From the human T2T-CHM13v2.0 reference genome, Homo sapiens: a stretch of 64,000 nucleotides of DNA. The stretch covers positions 7,552,001 to 7,616,000 of the forward strand of contig CP086569.2 in the NCBI GenBank assembly GCA_009914755.4. Reading direction: 5' to 3'. Positions 41,901 through 53,900 of the stretch are shown here, in pieces. The notes under the pieces were generated by a model. The model had not been told where the DNA came from and searched no databases. It saw nothing but the letters and a program-made list of their open reading frames with translations. The position numbers were made by a program, and so were the translations under genes. Position 1 is the stretch's first letter, and each line of letters opens with the position of its first letter.

Positions 41901-44900
41901 ACATAAGGGAGTAACCTCACTTTGCTGCTGGGTTCAGCAATACGTCACAATTTCACTGGTGGTCAGGGCACAGGCAAGAGAAAAGAAGCATCACCTAGGT
42001 GCTGAGCAAAGTAATATTTTACAAAGCTTACTATTGACAGAAACTTCATCCCCCAAAAAAGAGTCACATCACCTGGGTGCATTACCCAGTTATGTGTCAC
42101 AATCAACCAGAAGTGCAGGGCTAAGACAGTGTAGAAGGAAGTCATATCATTTAAGTAATTGACTTAAATAAAAGCCACAGTGCTCTTTGTAGGCAGGCTT
42201 CAGGCCAAGATTTCACATCAGCCAAGTGCTGGTCTTAGTGATATGCAAAAATGCCCTATGCTGCATTGCCAAAAAAAGATGTTGCTTATTGCTTCAGTGC
42301 TAGGTGCAGGTAAGTCACAATTTCAACTGTGCTCTGGGCATAGAAAGGAGAATCAAGACACTCAGATGCTGTGCAAAGTCATACTTCTCAATTACACTGT
42401 CAAAAATGTTCAGAAATAAGTTTCAATGTCCCACAAAAGTCCTGGCTTCAGGTATGAGAGTCAACACCTCCTGTAAGTTGGGTTGAAGTACAGGAGAGTG
42501 AAACCACAAAGGTTCCTGGCAAAAGTGTAAGTCTAAATGTCATCTGTGCACTAAAACAAGGCAGGATTATTAAATCATATGGGAGCTGGGTAAATGTGTA
42601 AGTCACAATAACATCTGTGAAAAGGGGCAGGGATGAGAATCATCATCCTGCAGATGTCCTGGCTCTGGGAATAAGTGTCCTCAGGTATCACAATCTCAAA
42701 AATAGGAATGACCTATATATAATAGTCTAAATCCCACTCATAAATTATGTTCCAGTAGGAAAGTCAAAGTACCACAGGTTTGCTAAATCATAGCTCAAAC
42801 ATCACCAAACCACCTGTGGATCAGATTCATGTATGACAGTAACAATTTCAAGCTTTGAGGCTTATGTGTGTGAGATTTACTACTTTATTTGTAGGCTTTC
42901 TTCAGGTGTGAAAATGAAAATTGTGTCACCTGGGTGTGCATCCAAGAGTCACACAATAATACCTGGTTGCAGGTACCTGCTATGAAACTCTTTGTAACAC
43001 TCAGGCTTTATATGATATGCCTGAGTAGCATAATTTTCTGTGATTTCTTATAGGTTGGAGATCTAGGACTTTACCCATGGCCTTAAGACTGCCTATGAGA
43101 GTCAAATATCTCCCCCTGGCTAGGTCTAGTTATCAGAGTTACTACTGTGCATATGAACTGAATCCAGGTATGTGTCACAATTTCACCTTTGGACTGAGAC
43201 AAGACAGAAGAGTTACATTATCTGGGTACTGAGCAAGGGATACATTATAATTTCCTTTTTAGCCAGCACCCAGTCAGAACAGTCATATCACCTGGGTACT
43301 CTCTCCAATAGTATCATCATGACCACTAAACACTTGGTTGAAAAATAGAGGATTGTCACACTCCTCGGTGCTGAGCTCAGCAATATGTTATTTTTTCCTC
43401 ATTGGCAGAGTCCAAGACAAAGAGGAGAGTCACATCACCTAGATTTTGCACTCAGTGATACGTCACAATTTCTTCAGTGGCCAGAATACAGGCATGAGTG
43501 ATTAGTCATATTACCTAGATACTATATCTAGTGCTCTGTCACAGTGTTCTCTGTGGCAGGGCACTGGCATGAGAGACACATCACCTAGCTCATAGGCCCA
43601 GAGATAGGTGATAATATCCCCTGTTGGCTGTGTTTCAACATTATTAGGATTCTGACCCAGTGATAATTCACAATGTACCTATGGGCAAGAGTTTAAGCCA
43701 AAAGTCTCAACCCCTGATTACTAGGCCTAGTGATATGACACAATCTCCTCATCTTTTACTGTGACACCTTGAACTTTCAGCTAAGCTTGAATATTAGAGT
43801 CACAATCTCACTTGTATGCTGGGTCAATGTATGACACTCTCTAAATCTGTGGGCATTATAAAACCTGGTGAGAGTTACAACTTCTCAGCGACCTTCATGC
43901 TCATTTGGACTCACAATTTTACATATTGCACTAAGCCCAGGTTTGTTGGTCAACCTGTCTTTTATATGTAGGGTTAAAGTAGAAGACTATTATTATCCCA
44001 CCTCTGGACAGATCCACATATAAATGCACCATTCCAATTTTGTTTTGTATTCCCTTGTTAGACTCAGGACCTCAACAGTGGGCATTGTACATATAGGATG
44101 GTGACAACTTTTAATTTCACCTGGATGTGTAATAAATAGTCCAAATCTGAACATTTTGCTGGGTCCTGTTGTAAAATTTTGTACCACTAATGAGTTTATA
44201 CAATATAAGTTAGTGTTGTATCCTTTGAGCTTGGTACAAATATGCAGCCCAGGACTTACTTATTGCCCTAAACCTAACAATGAGATTCAAAATATCTTCT
44301 ATTGGCTGAACTGCAGTGTAAATGTGAACATCATACCTATGAGCTGAATCAAGGTACATGTCATAGCCCCATTTGTGAAAAATAAAAAACAGGAAGGCAG
44401 CACCATTTAGGTGTTGTGCCAAGCAATATGTTTCAGTGCCTTCTCTAGGCAGGGTATAGAAAACTGGGTCACATAAACTGGGTGCTAGACCAAGAAATAT
44501 GACACCATTTCACATGTGAAAAAAACCCAAAAATGTTATGAGAGCCAAAACACCTACATATTGGACCCAAGGTATGTCAAAATACCTTCAGTGGCTCCAG
44601 TACAGACAGGAGAGTCACATCATAATAGTGCTGGGCATAGCAATAGGCAATATGCCATAATTTCCTGTTTTTATAGAAATCAGGCAGAACAGTAACATCA
44701 ACTGGGTGTTGGGCCCTGAAACAGGTCAAAATTCCTTTTTTGGGTGGCATGGTTTAGGAAAAAAAGGAGAGTCACCTATCCTGAGTGCTGGGTTAAGCAA
44801 TGTGTCAAAATCATCCTATTGTGAGGTCCAGGCAGAAAAAAGAGAGTCGCATCACTTAGGCCACGGGGTAAGAGATATGTCCCAGGGTCCCCAGCAGGGA

Positions 44901-47900
44901 GAACTCAGGCAGACAAGCAGAATTATATCAAATAGATGCTTTTGTAGGAATATGTCACAGTGTAACATGTGCACAGAAACTAGGCAGAAGAGCCACATCA
45001 CTGGGGGCTGGGTCCTGACATATGCCACAAGACTATCTTAGGACAGCACCCAGGTAAGATTGTTACATCACCTAGGTCTCTGCTTATGCCTCAATTCCCC
45101 ATGTCTGTATGGCCCAATTCAGGAGTCACTTTACTGAGGTAATAGGCACAAAGATATGTCATAATGACCTCTACAAAGCATAGCTCTGTCAAAGAGTAAC
45201 ATCACCTGTGGGTCTGTCCTAGAAATATGTCACTCTCTAGGTTGGCAATGCCCAAGTAGAAAAGCCACATAACATAGATGATAGGTCCAGAGATATGTCA
45301 CAATGCCCTTTTTTGGGAATACCTCTGGAAAAGCAGTACCCTCACCTGTGTGCCTGGCCTTGCAATAAGTAACTCTCCTTCCTTTGTGCAGGGCCCATTC
45401 CATAGTGGAGATTTACTTCATCTATGGGTAGACACAGAAATATGTCACAATAATTATGATGGGCATGGCACAGACAAAAAGTAACATCACATGCATATTA
45501 GATTAAGTGACATTTCACAATCCTTACTGAGAGAAGGGCCCAGGCAGGAGAGTCACATCACCTCGAGGTTGGCCAAGATAGGTATCACTGTTCCATACAT
45601 GAGCTGGAACAAGTATGGAGTATCAAATTGCACAGGTGCTTGGCAAAGATCTATATCACAATCACACCGTCAGAAAATCCCACAGATGAGATTTACAATA
45701 TGACACATGTCCTATTTTAATGTGTGACAATTGGTTTCATCCGTGTGAGATTTTGACAGTCTTTACTGTCAGATATGTGTACTTCAAAGACATAATTTCT
45801 TCTGTGTGCTGAGCCCTGCTTTGTTTCTGTCTGTATAACCCAAAGACTTTGTATATGTGTGAGTTTTGTAATCTTTTGTGACCTTTGCAGAAGCTGATAC
45901 AAGATATCACAAACGTTCCTAAACTTATTTATAAGAGTCAAAATATCTTCTATTGGCTGAGTCCACATATGAGAGTCACTATTATTACTGTGAACTGTGC
46001 CAAGGTTTATGTTACAATTTCTTCTGTGGTTATGAAGCATTCAGAACAGCCACATCACTTAAGTTCTTTGCCAGAAATATTCCAATATACTCTTTGTAGG
46101 CAGGATCCTGTCAGAAATGCTATGTAACTTGTGTGTTAGATCCAGCTTTATGACACAATGTCCTTTGTTGGTAATGTCCGGGGGGCAGAGAAAAGAGAAA
46201 AGCCATATCAGCTAAATCATGGGCCGCAAAGTATGTCACTCTGCCTTCTCTTGACAGGGCCCAGGCAAGAGAGTCATATCATTTGCATGCAGTGTTTAGA
46301 AATGCTACAATTACCAAGAAAAGCCATATACAGGCAGGAGAGAACAGTCATGTAATGTAGATCATGGACCAGAAATATGTTACAGTCACTCCTGTGGATA
46401 TTGTTAAGATAACACAGTCAAATGACAAAGGTGCTTAGCCCAAGGATTTGTCAAAATGTCATTTGAGGACTATACCTACACAGAATTATTACATCACTAA
46501 GGAGCTGGGCAAAGGTATATATAAGTTACACTTGTAGATAGGTTTAAGAATAACAGTCACCATCCTGCACATATCCTGGCTCCAGATATATGAATTGTTA
46601 TTAGGCTTTTATTATGTTCTCTGGTGTATGGCACAATATCACCTGCAACCAGAGAGAAGAAAATAAAGTCTCATCAGCTACGTGGGTGTAGATCCAGTGA
46701 GATGTCACAATCCACCTTGTGGACAAGACCCTGGCAGAAGTGTCAAATTACCCGGATGCTGGTTTCAGTGATATATCAAAACTCCTTCTCTAGGCAGGAT
46801 TCTCACAAAAGAGGAGACTCATTTCACATGGGCAATTGGCCTAACTATGTGTCACAATGTTTCTTATGTGCATTATCAAGGCTGGAGAGTGACCTCAGAG
46901 GGGGGCTGGACCCAGAAATACGTCACAACCTCTCTGTGGCCAAGGCCCAGGAAAAAGCAAAGAAACATGAGCTACATGCTGAGCTAAGTGATATGTTACA
47001 ATGTTCCTGTTAGTAGAAGTCAAAAAGGAGAATGACATCGCCTAGGGGCAGTATTCAGTTATGTGTCAAAATCCACTGTAAGTACAGGGCCAAGGCAGTA
47101 GAAGGGAGTCACGTCAATTCATGGGGGATGTAGATATAAAACACAATTCTTCTTGTAGGCAGATTTCAGGCAGATAATTCACATTACCTGGGTGATGGTC
47201 CCAGTGATATATGAAAGTGCCCTTTGAAGGCAAGGCCAAAGAAGGTATTATATATTCCTTGGGTTTTTGTTCAACATATGGCACTATTTCACCTGTTGTC
47301 TGGGCCTAGAAAAGAGAGTCAGATTATTCATGTGCTAGACATGGTTACCTGTCCCAATCACACTCTCAGATATGTTTGGAAATAAGTTTCACATGCCACA
47401 CAACACCTGGTTTCCTGTAGGTAAGTCAACTCTTTCTATGAGGTAGATCTTAATAGAGGAGTCATAATCTCAACAACGGTCAAGATTCATGTATAGGAGC
47501 CCCAATCCCCCTTGAAGACTGTGTTCCAGTAAGGAAGACACAACACCACAGGTGTGCTGAATCATGGTTCAAATGTTACCAAATCATCTGTGAATCAGAT
47601 CTATGTATGAGAATAATTATTTAAACATTTGACTGCTTATTTGTGCGATATTAGTACCTTATTCCTATGCCCTGTTCATGTGTGAGAATGACAATCATGT
47701 CAGCTAGGTGTGCATTCAAACTTCCCATTCTCATTTCATTGCTGGCCTCTGTTATAACATTATTTGTACAATTAAGGCTTTATATGATATAGCCGAGTGT
47801 TATAATCCTTTGTAAATTTTATACAATTAAAAAAACCAGGACTTTACCCATGGTCATAAGACTGGCTATGAGAGTCAATTATCTCTACTGGCTGGGTCCA

Positions 47901-50900
47901 GGTATGAGAGTTATTATTCTGCATGTGTGCTTAACACATATATATATCACAACTTGACCAGTCAGCAGTTATAAGAAAGGAAAGTCACATCACCGAAGTG
48001 TTGTGTCAATTATACAGTACAGTCTTATTTGTAGACTGGGCCTAGTCAGAAATGTCACATCCGATCACCTTGGTGCTGAGCCAGTGATACAGTATAATCT
48101 CCTTTGCATATGGCAACTAGTCAGAATGGTCACATCGCCTTGGGACAGCATCAAAGAGTATGTCACCAAGTGCACTATTGACAGGAGGAAAGAAAAAGAG
48201 GAGCATCACTCTACCTAAGTGCTGGGCTCTGCAAACTGTAATAATCCACTCTCTTGGCAGAGTCTAGAATATGAAGCAAAGCCACATCACATAGGTTTTG
48301 CAATCAGTGGTATGTCAAAACTTCTTTGGTGAGCCAGATCCAGACAGGAGAGGAGAGTTACAAGACCTAGATGTTAAGTTAAACAATATTTCCCAATGTC
48401 CTCTGGGGGCAGAGAACATGCAGGAGAGACCAATTCCCCAGTTTATAGGCCCAGATTAATGTGATAATATCTCCTGTTAGCAGAGTCCAGACAGAAGAGT
48501 CACATTATAATAATATGAACCCAGTGATATATCACAATGCACCCATGGGAAGAAATTTATGCCAAATTATCTCAACAGCTGGGTACTAGGCTTAGTAATA
48601 TACCAAATTTCCTTGACTTTGAGGGTGAAACCATTAACTGTGAGCTGGGTGCGTATATAAGAGTAACAATTTCATTTGTTTCCTGGGCCATTGATTAACA
48701 CTTTATTGCATTAGAGTTGCAAATCATTCTGAGGCCTACATGCTTATATGGATTCATGATCTTACATAATGCCCTAAACCCAAGGTATAGCAGTCAACAT
48801 CTCTTCTGTAGTCTGGTTTCAGGGATGACACACTTTATTATGCCTGTGAGCTGGATCAAGAAAAGAGTCACCAGCCCACCTATGGCCAGATCCACATATG
48901 AAGGTCACAATTCCAATTTTGTAGTGTATTCACTTGTTAGACTCAAGACCTTAACAGTGAGCTTTGGATAATTGGAATAGTCTCAACATTTGCTTTTACT
49001 TGAGTGTGTAATCCAGAGTCCCAATATGAATTTTTGCTATTCCCTGTCATGAAACTCTCTGTACCCCACAAGGAGTTTATACATTCCCAGTTAGTTTTAT
49101 AAAGATCTTTTAGTTTGGTGCAAATATGCAACCCACAACCTCATCTATTAATCTTGTCCTAGTGTTACAAAGCAAAATATCTCCTATTGGCTGAATCCCA
49201 GTATAATTTGGACCATCTTGCCTGTGAACTGAAGTAAGGTATATGTCATTATCTCATTTGTGTGTCAAAAACTAAGCAGGGTTGCACCATCACTTAGGTG
49301 CTGTGCCAAGCATCATGTCACAATGCTGTCTCTAGGCAAAGTATAGGAATTAAAATCATATTAACTGGGTAATAGACCCAGCAATATGACACTACACCAT
49401 ATGTGGAAAAAGAACAGAAAAGAAATCAGAGCCAAAACACCTACAGAATAAGCTCAGGATATGTCAAAATACCTTCTGTAGCTGCAGGAAAGCGTGATAG
49501 TCACATGTTAGTGTGCTGGGAACAGCAACATGCCATAATCCTCACTGTATGCACAATCCAGGCTAAAAAGTAATATTATATGCATGCTGGGCCCTGCAAT
49601 AGGTCAAAATTTCTGTTTGTTTGCATGGTTCAACAGAAAAAGGAGTCAATTTGAGTGCCAGGCTGAGCAATATGTCACAATTCCCTCATTGTAAACACCA
49701 GGCTGAAGAACAGAGTCAATTCACTTAAGTCTTGGGCTTGGAGACAGGTACCACTGCCCTAGTAGTCAAGGCAGAGTCAGAAAAGGAAAGTCATGTTACC
49801 TAGGTGCTTTCCTAGTTATATGTCACAATCTAACAAGTGGGCAGAAATCAGGCAGAAGAGTCACATCACCTGGGTAGAGCCTCAAGTAATATGTCACAAT
49901 GCCCAATGTAGACAGGTTTGATGAAAAAAAAATCACAACACATAGGTGCTGAACTCAGGAACATGTAGTAATTCCATGTCTTGGCAGAGTCCAGGGAAAA
50001 GAAGAGAGTCATGTCACTTAGGCTTTGCACTCAATTGTATGTCACAATTTCTTTGGTAGACAGGTTCCAGGCAGAAGAGGAGACTCACATTACCTAGATG
50101 CTATATCTAGTGATATATCACAATGCACTGGCAGGAGAGACATATCACCTGGCCAATAGGCCCAGAGGTGTACAAAAATACCCCATTTTCAAGGCCCAGG
50201 CAGAAGAGTCCCATTATCATGATTCTGACCCAGTGATATATAACAATGTCCTTATGGAAAGGAATTTAAACCAAAATGTCCCAACACTGGGGTACGAAGC
50301 CAAGTAATATGACACAATCTCCTCATCTTTAAGGGTGACACAATTAATGGTTAGCTAGTTGTTTATATGGAGTCACAATGTCACGTATGTTGTAGCCATT
50401 GTAAAACATTCTCTGCAACATCTGTTAACAATATACAACATGCGTGAGAGTTGAAACATCTCTGAGGCCTACATGCTTATATGAACTCATGATCTTTCAT
50501 ATTGCCTTAAGCCAACATATGACACTCAACATCTCTCCAACAGGCTTGCTTCAGAGATGAGATCATTTATAAACCTGTGACCTGGGGCCAGAAGTGAGTC
50601 ACCATCTTACCTGTGACAATATTAACTTTTGAAAGTCACAATTCCAACTTGTGTATGCACTTGTTCTGTATGCACTTGTTAGACTCAGGATCTTAACAAT
50701 GGGATTTGTAATGTGAGAAGGTAACATCTTTTACTTTCACTTGAATGTGTAGTGGAGATTCAGAATCTTAACATTTTGCTGGCATCTGTTGTAAATAACT
50801 TTTAGTATAGAATTAATAACGGAAGTTTTGAGTAAACACAATTGTGGATAATTAACATGGTTAAGAGCGTAGTTCTAAAAATGATTAAGGTCAGGTACTA

Positions 50901-53900
50901 TGGTCTAAAGTAAATACTATTAAGGGGAAATTTTCTTGGTCAAGCTCCCCACTGAGAGGGCCAATTAGTTCAAATAGAGGTAGAATAAACAGACTTAACT
51001 GGGGAAGCCTATATTGTCCCTAATTTTACCCTGGGGTAAAATTTAAGCCTGCTCAATTATTACAAGCTATGTAACTTTTCAGCCTTCAAAAAAGGTTTGT
51101 GACTGTTCCTTATAACGTCCCCTAATATTTCCTTTTAATATTTCTACCAGAAACCAGAGTGAATCTCAACATACCGGCTGTGTCTAGGTATGAGAGTTAT
51201 TATTGTGCAGAAGTGGTTAACCCAAACATTTTTCACAGTTCCACCTATGAGCAGGAAGAAGCCAGGATACTCACATCATCTGGATGCTTAGCCAGTGATA
51301 CAGTATAATCACATATGTAGGCTGAGCATAGTATGAAGAGTCACATCACCTGGATACAGACTGAAATAGTATCAAGCCTGCTATTGACAGAAAAAGAGAC
51401 AAGTCACTCAACCTAGGAGCTGGGCTCTGCAAAATGTAATAATCCCCTCTCTTGACAAAGTCTAGAACATGGATGAGAGTCACAATACCTAGGTTTTGCA
51501 ATCAGCTGTATGTTACAGTTTACTTGGTGAGCAGAAGACAGACAGGAGAGGTGAGTAACATGACCTAGATGTTAAGCCAAATGATATTTTACAATGTCTT
51601 CTGGGGGCAGGCACTGGAGAGAAAAATCACCAAGTTTATAGGCCCAGAGATATGTGATACTATTATCTATTGGAAGGGTCCTAGCAGAAGAGTCACATTT
51701 TTATGATTCTAACCCAGCAATATGTCAAAATGTACCCATGGGAAATTTAAACCAAAATGTATCAACACCTGGGTACTACGCCTAGTAAGATGCCAAATCT
51801 CCTTGTCTTTTAGGGTGACACCATTAACCATGAGCTGGCTGTGAATATGAGAGTCACAATCTCACATGTTTCCTGGGGCACTGTATAACCCTTTACATCA
51901 TTAGAAGGCTTTATAGAGCATGAATGAGAGTTGCAAACCTACATGCTGCTATGGACTCATGGTATTACATACTTTCCTAAACTGAAGTATGACAGTCAAC
52001 ATCTGTCTTGTATGCTGGCTTCAGGGATGAGTCCATTATTATGCCTGTGAGCTGGGTCCAGAAATGAGTCACCAACCCACTTGTGGCCAGATTCCCTTAT
52101 GAAAGTTACAATTCCAATTTTTTACTGTATTCACTTGTTAGACTCAGGACCTCAACAATGGGCCTTGTAAATATAAGATGGTCACAACTTTTACTTTCAC
52201 CACAATGTGTAGTTGAGAGTCACAATCTTAACATTTTGATGGGCTCCATTAGGAAACATTCTGTACCACACAAGAAGTATTTATGATATGAGTTAGTGCT
52301 GTAAAATTGTGTGAGCTTTGTAAAATATCAAATTAAAGAATTTATCTATTGATCTAAACCTAGTGATAAGAGAAAAAAAAATCTCTCCTACTGGCCGAAT
52401 ATAAGCTTGATCATCATGCCTTTGAACTGAAGGAAGGTATATGTCATAATTCAATTTTTAGGACAAAACCTAGCCAGAAGGTTAACATCACTTAGGTGCT
52501 ATGCAAAACAATAAGTCACAATACCCTTTTCAGTCAGGGTCTACTAAAGAAGGTCACATTAACTGGGGGATGGAGCTTAGTAATGTGATACAATCACACG
52601 TGGAAGAAAGCAAGCAAAGTAATGAGAGCCAAAATACCTACAGACTGGGCCAAAGATATGTCAATATAATTTCTGTGGCTCTGTCACAGACAGGAGAGTC
52701 ACATCATTAGAGTGCTGGGCCAAACAGTATGCCATAATTCCCTCTTTATGCATGACCTAGGCAGAAGAGTAACATCATCTGGGTGCTGAGCCCTAAAATA
52801 TGGCAAAAGGCCTGTTCATGGGCATTGTTTGGCAGCAAGTCAAAAGTAACATTATCTAAGTGCTGGGCTCAATATCTCACAATACGTCAATTGTTTATAT
52901 GTATTTAATACACCTAGACAATTTAATAGGTGGGCAGAATCCAGGCTGAAGAGCCAAATCACCTGGTCCTGGGACCTGAGATATTCACAAGCCCTCCTTA
53001 GAAAAGGACCCAGTCAAGAGATTTACATCACCTAGGTGCAGGTCCCACACTTATTTTACAATGCTCCATGTGGGCAGGGCCAAGCAGGAAGTCACATCAC
53101 CTAGGTGAAAGGCATAGAAATATGTCACAAAGCTTTCCTTAAAGCATGTCCCTGACAAAAGAGTACCATCACCTTTGTGTCTGGCCTAGCGATATGTCAC
53201 TTTTCAAGTGGGCAGTTCCCAAGCAGAAGAGACATATCATCTCTATGATAGGTTCTGTGGTATTTCAAAATGTCCTCTTTTGGACATTTTGAAATATGCC
53301 AAAATAGTATCATAACCTCTGTGCCAGGCTTAAGAATATGTCATTATCCTGCCCTGCTTGCAGGGCCCATTCCAGAGAGCAGAGTAATGTCTTTTAAGTG
53401 ATGGACACAGTGATATGTAACAATGATGTCTGTCTCATGGGGCAGGCAAGAATGTAACATCACCTTGTTACTGCATCCAGTAATGTCACAATACTTACTG
53501 AGAGCAGGGCCCAGGCAGAAGAGTAACCTCACTTCAAGGCTGACCCAGGTAAATATCAAAATCCCATATGTATGCTTGAACCAGTCTGAAGAGACAAATC
53601 ACACCGGTAATTGGCAAAGATTATATCACAGTCTTGATGGAATAAAATTCTAGGGATTAGATTTAAAATACCACACATGTCCTGTTTTCATGTAGGACAG
53701 TTGCATTCATCCATCTGTGATGGTGAAAGTCCATACTGTCAGTTGGGTTTGCATACGAGACTCACAATTTATTCAGTGTGCTAGGCCCTTTATGACACTC
53801 TCTATACAACAGAAGGGTGTTATAAAATATGTGTGAGTTAGTAAACTTCTGTGACCTTTATAGCAGGAGATTCCACATCACTCATGTCCCTAAACCTAGT

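Noticed and set aside
50770-51165. Possible NUMT (weak resemblance of ggtcaagctcc…ccctggggtaaaa to the 3' domain of mitochondrial 12S rRNA)
   Set aside because: The similarity is short and ~60-65% at best. Universally conserved 12S blocks such as ACACCGCCCGTCACCCTC are absent. Kept only as an unclassified insert pending a database search.
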